Source of the DNA: Candidatus Dojkabacteria bacterium
GTDB taxonomy: Bacteria > Patescibacteriota > Dojkabacteria > JAFGLO01
NCBI GenBank assembly: GCA_016927995.1
Contig: JAFGLO010000008.1
Coordinates: forward strand, 2,074 to 66,073
Reading direction: 5' to 3'
DNA: 64,000 nt
The notes under the pieces were generated by a model. The model did no database searches and had not been told where the DNA came from. It saw only the letters and a list, made by a program, of their open reading frames with translations. Positions 21,601 through 30,638 of the stretch are shown here, in pieces; within the stretch, counting starts at the first letter, position 1; every line of letters begins with the position of its first letter. Position numbers and translations under genes: made by a program.

Positions 21601-21902
21601 AAACAGGAAACTTAAAGGATATTGCCGACGTAAAAAATGATATGCAACTCAAAATATATGCCTATGCATTTACCCAGAAATTTATGTCAAAAGTTGACGA
21701 GATAAGTCTTTTCTTTGTTGATCATGGAAAAGATCAGCTTATAAAGCTTCCGGAAGGTTACTACGATAAACTTGAAAACGAGTTATGGGAAAAAATCGGC
21801 CCCGCCGTCGAAAAGATTAATTCCAAACAATTTACGGCTAACCCTTCGCCTCTTTGTAGGTTCTGCGAATACAGAAATGTGTGCGAATTTGCAATGACCT
21901 AA
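18678..21902 (+). CDS. UvrD/PcrA SF1 helicase fused to a C-terminal PD-(D/E)XK nuclease (Fe-S type)
   Basis: AGAGTGKT, LTFTNKAA, VDEFQDTN, VGDDDQSIYKFRGA, TVHKAKGLEF and EERRLFYVALTRA. C-terminal SYSQL..CP, GRIDRVD, IIDYKTG, QLKIY and CRFCEYRNVC. Start moved to ATG at 18678, which follows a -10 box. Confidence 0.92.
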   Translation: MEKTLKINKNQQAAIAHIDGPALVIAGAGTGKTFVITQRIVSLIKTKKALPSEILALTFTNKAASEMAERVDQALPLGTFTEWIMTFHTFCEKILKQNAVHFDLEPSFRLINKREAIHLFKEYIRAFSLDRYRPSGNKYKYVSDILSFFSRVQDEAYSAQEFFNYVTKSLLSFLKKHGLSESQFKNLLDKNQVKTTIDSFVYTVSNPKKIPSWKNLANIYPKVEEIPEDVSAEFNTLAGNFELARVFVEFESVKNELNLLDFGDMVQKTIELFKKRPAILKKYQQLFKYILVDEFQDTNYAQYALLKLLAHPNNNLMVVGDDDQSIYKFRGASISNILTFQKDFPKTEVYVLVDNYRSTQPILNLAYQSIQNNNPDRLEIKTKISKLLKAQGNELDTEINVTVSETGYDEAEWIAREISKLTGIKLSKLYSDSKPNSVEIVISEPKKETEPGQLTLIQENEASKNIALSDISILARSLNHVNQITEVFSKAGIPYNLAQGKNLLTEDEVLFILSFLRVLTDYTDDLSMLYLLRHKYNQLNPRDFMLINQKAKYSKETVLLWIERNLGLSLDNPEAKPVLSPEIINLHIKDDSIEKITKIFNLIAESLKLVRDQKDLTFIVYNTLSKLDVLINLTKEDNISAKIEINNIERILNIIKTFSLKFGTTNPDDFVRYIDSIKFSGEPPEDEEEFSSVDAVNILTVHKAKGLEFDTVFLVGLAGRRFPSDDRKDPIDLPSHIIHEILPEGDFHIQEERRLFYVALTRAKRRLFLSFAQKYNDGKQIKKPSVFLAELGINASATPKPDLNRDKLSEIMIDSSLTPDNKAIPFWEPKVSTLSYSQLNSYESCPYQYKLRYILKLPSKQSATFFYGSIIHELLKHMFLYLKQNNKQLPIENALAFIDNSWDPSPFDTKEESEAQKQTAKKTVQNFYAKHYESKGSLVVIEDTFKVLLKDIVLTGRIDRVDKTNDNKFRIIDYKTGNLKDIADVKNDMQLKIYAYAFTQKFMSKVDEISLFFVDHGKDQLIKLPEGYYDKLENELWEKIGPAVEKINSKQFTANPSPLCRFCEYRNVCEFAMT

Positions 21903-22088
21903 AGATTTCTAAAGAAATATCCCCTAAAGTGGCATTAAATAGTCTCACATATCCCTACCCGGGACCAACTACCCCTCTACTATCACGTCAGGTTACGTCG
22001 TTCAAACAGATATTAGTAACAGCTGCATACGCAAGCCATCCAAAACTTAGGGCCGCTAGGAGTTCACCACTTTACCACGTGGCCTCTT

Positions 22089-22484
22089 TGTGGATAAATG
22101 TGGATAAGTCCAGGCAAATATGTTACTAAATGCAGGGGCAAAACGATTGCAAGACAACCACTTTGACACCAGTCCCGCCTATGTGTCGTGACGTTTATTT
22201 TTCACTGTTACGCAATGTGGACTAGTCTTATCGGTTTTCCAAAAATGTGGATGAAGAAAATTCTTGCCAAACTCTATACAGATACATCCACTTCAAAATA
22301 CACAAAAATATTAACAAAACAAAAGCTTTATTTGATAACGGGTTTAAGGGAAAACGCTCGATTAGATAAAGAGTTGAAGTAGATCTTTTTTTCCACAAGA
22401 AATATCTACTCGATTTTCGTTATTACGTTGGAACTTTTAAAAAAATAGTCCACCAATACACACTCTCTACTAATACTTCTGCTA
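22089..22484. other. Putative replication origin oriC
   Basis: Perfect DnaA boxes TGTGGATAA at 22089 and 22099. Near-matches at 22216, 22246 and 22389. Degenerate boxes TAGTCCACC/AATACACAC followed by DnaA-trio run CTACTAATACTTCTGCTA (22467-22484). All within a ~600-bp non-coding gap. Confidence 0.75.
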
Positions 22485-22510
22485 ATTAAAAAAACTAGAA
22501 GAACTTAGGA

Positions 22511-24061
22511 TTAATTAATTTTCTTAATCCTAAAGGTTACAACTTCATCACCCTCTAAAACCTCAAGGGTATCTTTAAAAATGATTCCACATTCGAATCC
22601 TTTATTTACAACATCAACTTTCTCTTTTAGAATTCTAAGAGATTGAATAGTTGACTCACCAATAACTTCACCTTTTCGTAAGATTTCTACACGAGCTCCC
22701 TTAGTAATTTTACCTTCGGTAACAATCGAACCGGCAACTTTATCGCCTTCCGTCAAGATAAAGACTTGCTTAACATTTGCTTTACCCAAGATATCTTTTT
22801 GTTCGGTAGGTTTGGTAAGTAAGGTGATACGCTCTTTAATATCATCGATCATTCTGTAGATAATGGCATAGGTTTTAATACTCACATCAACCTCCTTTGC
22901 TTTTTTCTCTGCAAGCTTTTCCACGGGAACATTGAATCCTACAATGAGTGAGTTTTTACTTGCCCTAGCGTTTTCAACGTCAGCAATTGTAATGGGTCCG
23001 ACTTCAGATCTGTGTAATTTAAATTCGACGTCCGGAGTTGTCTTTTGAAGATTATCTAACTCTTTACGAACGGCGTCGAGAACTGCCGGAGTATCGGCCT
23101 TTAAAATAAGGTTGAGAGGAATTCTGGTTTCTTCGGTAAAAAGCTCCTCTAAGGATTCTGCTACAACCTCTTCTGTTGGTTGATTGCAAGTTAATTCACA
23201 TTCCTGGTAGCTAGTATTTTTAAAAAATTCTTTTGCTGCAACAATTCCTTTCTCTGTTTCGGCACAATACAATAGTTTTCCTGCAGAATGAATATTTGAA
23301 AGACTAATTATTCTAACGCCATTTCCTTCTGAAACTTCATTAACAAGCTTTTCGCTTTGATCAAATAAAACACCTGCACGTTCTGTACCTTGAGGCGAAG
23401 ATATAAAGAAGCGTTTCTTGAATGAGCCTTTAATAATAATTGCATCAAGACACTTACCCATTGATTTATCGACCCAAGCGTCCAATATTACGGCAAGTCC
23501 ATACTCCGACTGAGTGGTTGTAAGCTCCTTAAGTTCCGCAATAAGAATAATCATCTCTAAAAGATCGGTTAGACCCTGCCCTGTCTTGGCGCTTACTTCG
23601 ACAATGGGGGTTTTGCCACCCCAACCTTCAACAAGAATGCCTTCCTCACTTAATTGCTGTTTTACTTTATCTGCGTTTGCACCTTCTAAATCAATTTTGG
23701 TTATTACAACGATGGTTTCGGTCTGTGCAGCTTTAAGTATTTCGATTGCTTCTTTGGTTTGGGGTTGTACACCCGCATCTGCGGCAACTATTAAAAGAAT
23801 AACATCGGCAGTTTTTCCACCAATTTCACGCATTATTGAGAATGCCTGGTGACCCGGGGTGTCTATAAATGTGATTTGCTTGTTATTGTAATTAAGGGTT
23901 GACCATGAAATGTGTTGAGTGATTCCGCCTGCTTCGCTGTCCCAAATTGCCGTCTTTCTAAGGGCATCGAGTAAAGTGGTTTTTCCGTGGTCCACATGAC
24001 CTAATACACCGACAATAGGGGCTCTCCATGCTGTTTGTGTTTGTTGTGTTTTCTTTTGCAT
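22511..24061 (-). CDS. infB: Translation initiation factor IF-2 (short, lacks N-terminal extension)
   Basis: GHVDHGKTTLLD, GGITQHI, DTPGH and GFECGI motifs. Confidence 0.97.
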   Translation of the reverse strand: MQKKTQQTQTAWRAPIVGVLGHVDHGKTTLLDALRKTAIWDSEAGGITQHISWSTLNYNNKQITFIDTPGHQAFSIMREIGGKTADVILLIVAADAGVQPQTKEAIEILKAAQTETIVVITKIDLEGANADKVKQQLSEEGILVEGWGGKTPIVEVSAKTGQGLTDLLEMIILIAELKELTTTQSEYGLAVILDAWVDKSMGKCLDAIIIKGSFKKRFFISSPQGTERAGVLFDQSEKLVNEVSEGNGVRIISLSNIHSAGKLLYCAETEKGIVAAKEFFKNTSYQECELTCNQPTEEVVAESLEELFTEETRIPLNLILKADTPAVLDAVRKELDNLQKTTPDVEFKLHRSEVGPITIADVENARASKNSLIVGFNVPVEKLAEKKAKEVDVSIKTYAIIYRMIDDIKERITLLTKPTEQKDILGKANVKQVFILTEGDKVAGSIVTEGKITKGARVEILRKGEVIGESTIQSLRILKEKVDVVNKGFECGIIFKDTLEVLEGDEVVTFRIKKIN

Positions 24062-24106
24062 TGTAATTGTAGGTTAACTTTGTAGTCGCGGAAACGTTAC
24101 TGCTTC

Positions 24107-24205
24107 AGTATTCCCTGTCGACCAATGTGTTCGGCGGAAGCCCTTTGCTTATTATAATTTGTGCTAAAGCGATTTCCTTCTCACATATCGGTTCTCCAGA
24201 ATACT
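24107..24205 (-). repeat. Hairpin element, diverged copy of the 49997-50225 repeat family
   Basis: Long imperfect inverted repeat (AGTATT...AATACT ends). On the minus strand it shares TATGwGAGAAG, GCTTTArCA, CAAAGGG, CGAACAyA and TCGACAG blocks with the dnaG/aspS copies. Confidence 0.65.
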
Positions 24206-24216
24206 ATCCTGCTTCA

Positions 24217-25401
24217 CTACTTTACTGGTTCACTCTTCGACTTATCTTCCTCTTTGGTTTTCTTTTCCTCTTCTGCCTTTGCTGTCTCTTCTGCCATTAT
24301 TTTTTCACGCATTTCTATTGCAGCTTTATTCAATTCTTCGACATCGCTTTCACTTGTGAGTTTTTTCTTAAGGCTCTTTGCCGTTACGGTTATTTTATAA
24401 CCTGTTAATTTTGCTGCAAGTCTCACGTTCTGACCCTCTCGACCTATTGCCAATGAGACTTGATCATCGTCCACATTAACAATGGCTTCATTTTTGTTAT
24501 TAATTTTTACATCGATCACTTTGGCGGGGCTAAGTGCATTTGCAATGAATCGTTCAGGATTTTCGGCCCACTCAATAACATCGACCTTTTCCGTCCCGAG
24601 TTCATTCATAATATTTGAGATTCTTACTCCCTTTTGACCAATACATGATCCAATAGGGTCAATTCCTTCTTGATCGGAGGTTACCGCAACTTTACTTCTA
24701 AATCCGACTTCACGGGCTGTACTTTTTATTTCAACAGAACCCGACGCTATTTCTGGAATTTCTATTTCAAATAGTCCGGCCAGAAATTCGTTTGTTGCAC
24801 GAGATACAATTACTTCTTTTCGGTTATTTACTTCCTCGACACCTTTGATCATTACTCTGTAACGCTCGCCGATTTTATAAAATTCGTTTCCTATTTGTTC
24901 TTCAGGAGGCATTATTGCAATTGCTCGATCAACTTCCACTATTGCGGTTTCGCCTCGCATTCGTTGAATCTTGGCTGATACAACATTCCCGATTTTTGTT
25001 TGTATGTCATCAAAGATTGACTCGCGCTCTGCGGTTCTGATACTGCCGATAAGAACGTTTTTAGCAGCTCTTGCGGCAATTCTTCCGAAGTCACTTACGG
25101 GAACTTCAACCTTTATTTTGTCGCCAATTTTGACCTTTTGACCGGTTAGGGTATCTGCTTCTTTTTTGGAAACTTGGGTTTGATTGTTTTCAACTGATTT
25201 AACAACGGTTTTAGTTAAAAATGCCTTAAGAATACCTTCCCTTTGGTCGATATCAATATCAATTTCGACATCTGATCCATATTCTTTTTCGTAAGCTGAC
25301 TTGATTGCATCGGTTATAGATTGATAAACTGTATCTGCATCTATTCCACGGTCTGCACTTATTTGGTTTATTGCGGTCATTAGCTCTGACTGAACAGCCA
25401 T
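24217..25401 (-). CDS. nusA: Transcription termination/antitermination factor NusA
   Basis: FGRIAA, AREVGFRSKVAV, DPIGSCIGQKGVR and SLAIGREGQNVRLAAKLTG. Confidence 0.97.
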   Translation of the reverse strand: MAVQSELMTAINQISADRGIDADTVYQSITDAIKSAYEKEYGSDVEIDIDIDQREGILKAFLTKTVVKSVENNQTQVSKKEADTLTGQKVKIGDKIKVEVPVSDFGRIAARAAKNVLIGSIRTAERESIFDDIQTKIGNVVSAKIQRMRGETAIVEVDRAIAIMPPEEQIGNEFYKIGERYRVMIKGVEEVNNRKEVIVSRATNEFLAGLFEIEIPEIASGSVEIKSTAREVGFRSKVAVTSDQEGIDPIGSCIGQKGVRISNIMNELGTEKVDVIEWAENPERFIANALSPAKVIDVKINNKNEAIVNVDDDQVSLAIGREGQNVRLAAKLTGYKITVTAKSLKKKLTSESDVEELNKAAIEMREKIMAEETAKAEEEKKTKEEDKSKSEPVK

Positions 25402-25460
25402 TTCACGGACAAATTAAATTAACTTAGGATTATTTCTTTAAAATAGCGTTGGTATTATAC

Positions 25461-25513
25461 AGTAAGCCGGTGAAATAGTGAAGTAGTTAATGAGTTAGCG
25501 TAAGCAGTGAGTA
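25461..25513 (+). repeat. Degenerate octamer array (AGTGAAGT family)
   Basis: AGTAAGCC GGTGAAAT AGTGAAGT AGTTAATG AGTTAGCG..., upstream of nusA. Confidence 0.6.
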
Positions 25514-25559
25514 AGAAGGATTTGTTGTGACTTATAGATTTATTAACTTGTTAAAGGTT

Positions 25560-26993
25560 TTATTGAGCATTCTTCATAGTAACTGGAAGAAATACCTTAC
25601 TCCCGCCAGTTACAGTCCTCTGGACCAAAACGCTGGCTCCGAAAGCCTCTTCTTCAGGTTTTGTAAGTCTTTGATATAAAACATCAAAGCGTCCAATCGG
25701 AGGATTTGTTCCATCAGTTCGCTGAAAAAGTTCAATATTATTTCCTGCGCTCAAACACGGTATTCCTTTAACGTCTGAACAATCGGGAAGCTCAATATCT
25801 AAGATTGGAGTTAGTGTTGATTGAACTAATGGTTGTTGAGTAGGGGTAAATTCGTATAATCTATATGTGAGTCTTTTTTCTCCGTTAACATCTATTCTAA
25901 TAAGGGATGCAAAGAAGTTTCCTTTAAGCTCCGAACCATTAGGAAGGGAGATGGTTAAGTTTTCAATATAAGTAAGCCCGTGAAGGTGGTTTGTATCTAT
26001 TGGTTCTTGTATATCTACTGGAGTTACAAGGACTCCACCTTGGTCAACAAATGCAAAACTAGCTCCGATTGTTGAATCTCTGTTTACGTATCGTCCAAAA
26101 ATTACTGAACCATTACCTATCGAAACAGATGATGGATCTGTAACTTTATTTGAAGTTGTTGCTATGTCAACAGAATCGCCGGTAGTTTCAGTTCTGATAC
26201 TAGGAGCATTACCTAGGCTATTATTTAAGGTAGAATCTGTTTCCAAACTCTCAAACTCATCAGCCCAAACTGAACAACCTCCAACGATTTTACCTGTTGA
26301 TTTATCAAATAAAGTAGCTGAATAGAATTTTCTACCACTTGTATATAATTCTTGGACAGAAATGCTATATCCCTCCAACGAGTCGGGTATTGTGCCGGCA
26401 AGAAATTCATCAAGATACTTGACCTCCGTTGGAGTCTGTAATGCAAATCTTACCATATTTGGGGTTGATTGCCCACTTTGGGTAGTTGCCATAACTACAA
26501 CAGGATTTTCAACATTGGACTGTGCACCTACAGCACGTGCAACTCTATTATCTCCCGGAGCTAAAGGGTTCTGATCACCTGTGGGATCCTCGTCTACAAG
26601 GTATGCATGTGAATACAGACCTTCTCCAGTAGTGATAGCTACACTACCTCCATGCGTGTAAGTCATAACCTTTGGATTTGTTCCCAATGTAAGGGTTACG
26701 GCTGTCCCATTTGCCCTAAGTCCTTGATGGATTAATGTAGTTGTGTTGTCTGGTAGAGTTGACAAAGTAATTGAACCTTGTGTTGCAAATGGACTGATTA
26801 AGGTGTCTACCGCTCTTGGTATAACGACAGCTTCAGTTGGAGCCGTTTCTTGCATCTCTTTATTGTCTGGTTTTTCAACTGTGGTTACTTCGAGGGGGGG
26901 GGGAATTACTGGTAAGTTGGGAACCAAAGCTGTTCCTATGGTTGTTGCTCCGATATTTGTTAAAAAGGTTCGTCTTGAAATTCGATTACCCAT
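25560..26993 (-). CDS. Exported protein with Tat-like signal and C-terminal VFLPVTMK motif
   Basis: N-terminal ISRRTFL twin-arginine motif plus hydrophobic stretch; ends KVFLPVTMKNAQ. Confidence 0.7.
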   Translation of the reverse strand: MGNRISRRTFLTNIGATTIGTALVPNLPVIPPPLEVTTVEKPDNKEMQETAPTEAVVIPRAVDTLISPFATQGSITLSTLPDNTTTLIHQGLRANGTAVTLTLGTNPKVMTYTHGGSVAITTGEGLYSHAYLVDEDPTGDQNPLAPGDNRVARAVGAQSNVENPVVVMATTQSGQSTPNMVRFALQTPTEVKYLDEFLAGTIPDSLEGYSISVQELYTSGRKFYSATLFDKSTGKIVGGCSVWADEFESLETDSTLNNSLGNAPSIRTETTGDSVDIATTSNKVTDPSSVSIGNGSVIFGRYVNRDSTIGASFAFVDQGGVLVTPVDIQEPIDTNHLHGLTYIENLTISLPNGSELKGNFFASLIRIDVNGEKRLTYRLYEFTPTQQPLVQSTLTPILDIELPDCSDVKGIPCLSAGNNIELFQRTDGTNPPIGRFDVLYQRLTKPEEEAFGASVLVQRTVTGGSKVFLPVTMKNAQ

Positions 26994-27123
26994 AGCTTTA
27001 AGTTGAATTAAGTTAAAACAGTATTATGTTAATTGATTACGAAAACAGCGAGAACAAAGTAACAAGAATCTTTTATCAAATTTACATTTTAGGAAGAAAT
27101 TTATCAAGGGGATTGTAAGGTTG

Positions 27124-28317
27124 TTATTGGGTAAGGGATTTAATACACCTTTTGAATTCGGCAACCGTATAAAGATTTCCACGGGCTACGGAAGACTCCT
27201 TAATGGAGCTTAGCTGAGATGGATTCATCTTCTCAAATTTTTTAATCGCAGCTTCTAAATCTTCTACCGCTGGCTCTTCTATTAGTATTCCTGTTTTTCC
27301 ATTGATTACCGTTTCTTTTGTGCCACCTTTGTTTAATCCGATTACCGGTGTACCTGCCATCATTGATTCTACAGGGACTATTCCAAAATCTTCGTGATTT
27401 ATATGTATTGTGGCTTTGGCCTTTTTATATAATTCCCATTTTTCTGATTCATCTACTCGACCGGTGAATATGATGTTACTAAGCCCTCTTGCTTTCTCCT
27501 TTAATGATTCTTCCATATCTCCTGTGCCCGCTATTACAAGGTTTAGGTTGGGAAGCTTCTTGAATGTATCAATTATTACGTCGACCTTTTTGTAATCTAC
27601 AAGTCGACCGAGGTATAGGTAGTAGCCATCCGGAGGTAAATGTTGTAGGTTAGATGTTATACGTTGATCAATAGTTTCTGCCGGAGGCGGGGTATCAATG
27701 GGTGGATTTATAACAATACTGTCTCTGCGATATGCCTTTTTTATACGAGCTCTTATGTCTTCTGAATTTGCAACTAAAATATCGGGCCGTTGTGCTGAGG
27801 AGTAATCCCAGATTCTAAGTAGGTTATTTATAAACTTAACCGGAAGCCTAAAAATTTTTGGAATTCTGCCTTGTCTACTTGGTTCCATGCCCCATAAAAA
27901 CCTTGGAGGGCAATGAATATATGAAATATGACGTGACGTTGGTTTTCCAATTACCCCTTTTGCAAATATGCTTGTGCTACTAATAATAACATCGTAGTCT
28001 TGGAGATTTAGGGACTCGAACGCAAATGGAAGCAGAAGTTCGTATGCAGGATAAAACCATTTTAAAAAAGGAAGTTTTTGAACCCAGGTAGTTTTAACAT
28101 TTTTGGGCAACCAACCTTTAAACCCGGGTAGAATAAGTCCTGTATAAACATCAGCAGCAGGGAAAACCTCTGTAAGTGCCTTAACAACCTTTTCACCTCC
28201 CCCATCCCATATAAAGTAATCGTGAACGATAGCTACGGAATAATCAGTAGTCAGTGATGTACGAGCAGGCTTTTCCTTGGCTGCTTCACTATTTGACTGT
28301 TTCACCATTTCACTCAT
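27124..28317 (-). CDS. Glycosyltransferase family 4
   Basis: VAIVHD...GGGEKV, YLGRLVDYKKVD and EDFGIVPVESMMAGTPVI. Start moved to ATG at 28317, just after the udg stop. Confidence 0.92.
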   Translation of the reverse strand: MSEMVKQSNSEAAKEKPARTSLTTDYSVAIVHDYFIWDGGGEKVVKALTEVFPAADVYTGLILPGFKGWLPKNVKTTWVQKLPFLKWFYPAYELLLPFAFESLNLQDYDVIISSTSIFAKGVIGKPTSRHISYIHCPPRFLWGMEPSRQGRIPKIFRLPVKFINNLLRIWDYSSAQRPDILVANSEDIRARIKKAYRRDSIVINPPIDTPPPAETIDQRITSNLQHLPPDGYYLYLGRLVDYKKVDVIIDTFKKLPNLNLVIAGTGDMEESLKEKARGLSNIIFTGRVDESEKWELYKKAKATIHINHEDFGIVPVESMMAGTPVIGLNKGGTKETVINGKTGILIEEPAVEDLEAAIKKFEKMNPSQLSSIKESSVARGNLYTVAEFKRCIKSLTQ

Positions 28318-28321
28318 TTTT

Positions 28322-28990
28322 CTAAAAAAGACTTTGCGGTTTAACTGGAGTGGGTTTTTTCTTCTCCTGAGCCGTTTCTTTTGTCTTAATAATATCCGAT
28401 ACGGTGTCATCAATTTTTACCGGTTCCAAATTTCCATCTAGGAAACTTTTAAGCTTTTGAAAATCGGCCATTAATACCGGCCTATTACTGCCGTTGTATA
28501 GTGCAAACGCAGGATGGTACGATATAAAATATACCCTCCCTCGGTATTCGTAACAGTTTCCGTGATCGTTACCTACCTGCCTTCCCGGAATGAATCGGTT
28601 AAGTGCGTGTCTTCCAAGTGGAATAAATACCCTGGGGGCTATAATTTCTATTTGTTTATCAAGCCATGGAGCGCATGTAGATACCTCGTCGGGTAGTGGC
28701 TCTCTGTTGTTTGGTGGTCTACATTTTACAATGTTTGTAATAAAGACCTTGTTTCTACTTAAGCCTATTGATTCCAGAAGTTCATTTAGAAATTTGCCTG
28801 CCGATCCTACAAAGGGTAACCCCTCTTTGTCCTCGGTAGCTCCGGGACCTTCACCTATAAACATAATTTCGGCGTTAAGTGAACCTGCCCCGGGAACAAC
28901 CTGGGTAGCATTTTCTCTAAGCCTACAGGCACTACAATCCGCAATTTTATTTCTTAGTGGGAGGTAAGCCTGTTTCTTGTCCAAATGCAT
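28322..28990 (-). CDS. Uracil-DNA glycosylase family 4 (Fe-S)
   Basis: CSACRL, IGEGPG..ED..GLPFVGSAG, TNIVKCRPPNNR and YHPA. Confidence 0.95.
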   Translation of the reverse strand: MHLDKKQAYLPLRNKIADCSACRLRENATQVVPGAGSLNAEIMFIGEGPGATEDKEGLPFVGSAGKFLNELLESIGLSRNKVFITNIVKCRPPNNREPLPDEVSTCAPWLDKQIEIIAPRVFIPLGRHALNRFIPGRQVGNDHGNCYEYRGRVYFISYHPAFALYNGSNRPVLMADFQKLKSFLDGNLEPVKIDDTVSDIIKTKETAQEKKKPTPVKPQSLF

Positions 28991-29002
28991 TGTTAACCGA
29001 AG

Positions 29003-29911
29003 TTATTCCTTTATTATATCAGCTTTTTCAAGTCCCGGTGCAATTTTATAAAGATCCTTTAGCAATGGGAGGTTAGTTCTAATTGTTGTAAGGATTGCAC
29101 GTCCAAGTCCAATCGGGATAATAATTGCCTTTGTAACCTGTGAAAAAGGAAGTTTCTTGGTAAGTTCATAAACCTTTCCTATTCGGTCCTCCTCAATGTT
29201 TATAATTTGCATATAAAAGCCTTTAATTCTTGATTCTTTATATATTTTTATAAACATGTCTGCATAACGAAAAAGAGCTTTAAAGAAGCCCCATTTTTTA
29301 AATTGATACGAGGATTTTAGATCTCTACAATAAATTGTTTTTACCTTTAGTTTATTTTTAACATAATGGGTATTCATTATTACCTCTAGAAGGTAGCCCT
29401 TTTGTGGATCGATAATTATCTTTTCAAACTCTTCTTTATAAAAAGCCCGCTCGCCCCCTAATAACCTTGGAATATTAGTCCACCCTATTATGCTTTTTCT
29501 ATCACTGATTCTATCGAGGATTGTCATGTCGTATCCGTCTTGGATAATAGGATTGATTAGCTGATCAAGGTTTTTTAGTAGGATATCTTCCAGGTCAGCG
29601 TCCAAAAGAACAATTATCTGGCCGCTAGCCTTTTTAATTCCATTGATTATGGCTGCTGTTTTTCCTTTGTTCCGGTTGTGTCTGAATATGGAAAGTTGAG
29701 GATGAGTCTTTTTGTAAGCGGAAAGAATTTTTTGTGTGTTATCGGATGAGCCATCATTTACGACCACAACTTCAGAAAATTTACGATAAGATAATGCAAG
29801 AGATAATACTTTTTCAATGCGAGGACCTTCATTATATGCCGGGATAACGCAGCTGATTGTAGGAGTTGGTTTTTTCACGTTTGATTTTATGTTATAAATT
29901 CCGAGTATCAT
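29003..29911 (-). CDS. Glycosyltransferase family 2
   Basis: VIPAYNE, VVNDGSSDNT, NKGK and LLDADL. The true start may be GTG at 29878. Confidence 0.92.
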   Translation of the reverse strand: MILGIYNIKSNVKKPTPTISCVIPAYNEGPRIEKVLSLALSYRKFSEVVVVNDGSSDNTQKILSAYKKTHPQLSIFRHNRNKGKTAAIINGIKKASGQIIVLLDADLEDILLKNLDQLINPIIQDGYDMTILDRISDRKSIIGWTNIPRLLGGERAFYKEEFEKIIIDPQKGYLLEVIMNTHYVKNKLKVKTIYCRDLKSSYQFKKWGFFKALFRYADMFIKIYKESRIKGFYMQIINIEEDRIGKVYELTKKLPFSQVTKAIIIPIGLGRAILTTIRTNLPLLKDLYKIAPGLEKADIIKE

Positions 29912-29954
29912 ACCACTTTCTTTTAATTTCTGATATTTGATGCTATTCTAGGGT

Positions 29955-30638
29955 ATGAGAAAGCTTTGGGAATTTGCAAAAAAATATGGTTGGATTTTGG
30001 GAACCGTTTTATGGGTTTTTATTCTTTCCTTTGTGCTTTTTCCTAGCATTATTAATGAATTTATTCCCTTTGTATTAACAAATGATCCGGTACTTGGGAG
30101 TTCTGCAAGTGGATACACTTTGGAGCCGCTTATGCAGGATATGAATTTACCTTTTGATAATCAAATGTCTGATATTGGTTGGAGCTTTGGTGGATACGTT
30201 CTATCTGCCGGTGAGCAGAGCGTTGATCCCCGTGTTAGGGCAATTGAGATGCTTTTAACTCAGTATGGATCTCCGGTTGCGGAATACGCAGAAGTTTTCG
30301 TGCAAGAGGCTGATAAAAACGGTAATGATTGGAGACTGGCGGTTTCGATCATGGGTGTCGAATCGGGTTTTGGAAAAGTGATTCCTGTAAATTCTTATAA
30401 TGGTTGGGGTTGGAAAGGTGGTCCTAACGGTGCGTATAGTATATTTTCATCGTGGAACGAATCAATTTCACATATTACTGAAAGACTTGCTACAGGTTAT
30501 GGAAAGAAGATTACCCCACTAATGATGGAAGCCATTTACTGTCCACCTTGCGGTGCTACGGGAATGCATTACTGGGCTAATGGGGTTCAGAATTATATGG
30601 ATATCCTTGAATATTACAGGAAAGCTATCGTTCGATAA
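29955..30638 (+). CDS. Membrane-anchored lysozyme-fold (glucosaminidase/SLT-like) peptidoglycan hydrolase
   Basis: N-terminal TM; DWRLAVSIMGVESGFGK...SYNGWGW with a catalytic ES motif. Confidence 0.7.
   Translation: MRKLWEFAKKYGWILGTVLWVFILSFVLFPSIINEFIPFVLTNDPVLGSSASGYTLEPLMQDMNLPFDNQMSDIGWSFGGYVLSAGEQSVDPRVRAIEMLLTQYGSPVAEYAEVFVQEADKNGNDWRLAVSIMGVESGFGKVIPVNSYNGWGWKGGPNGAYSIFSSWNESISHITERLATGYGKKITPLMMEAIYCPPCGATGMHYWANGVQNYMDILEYYRKAIVR

Noticed and set aside
22071-22085. CCACGTGG near the DnaA boxes as a third parS
   Set aside because: Only the 8-bp core matches; the flanks are not palindromic.
21881-22382. Short ORFs 21881-22129 and 22188-22382
   Set aside because: No recognisable motifs; they overlap DnaA boxes of the putative oriC.
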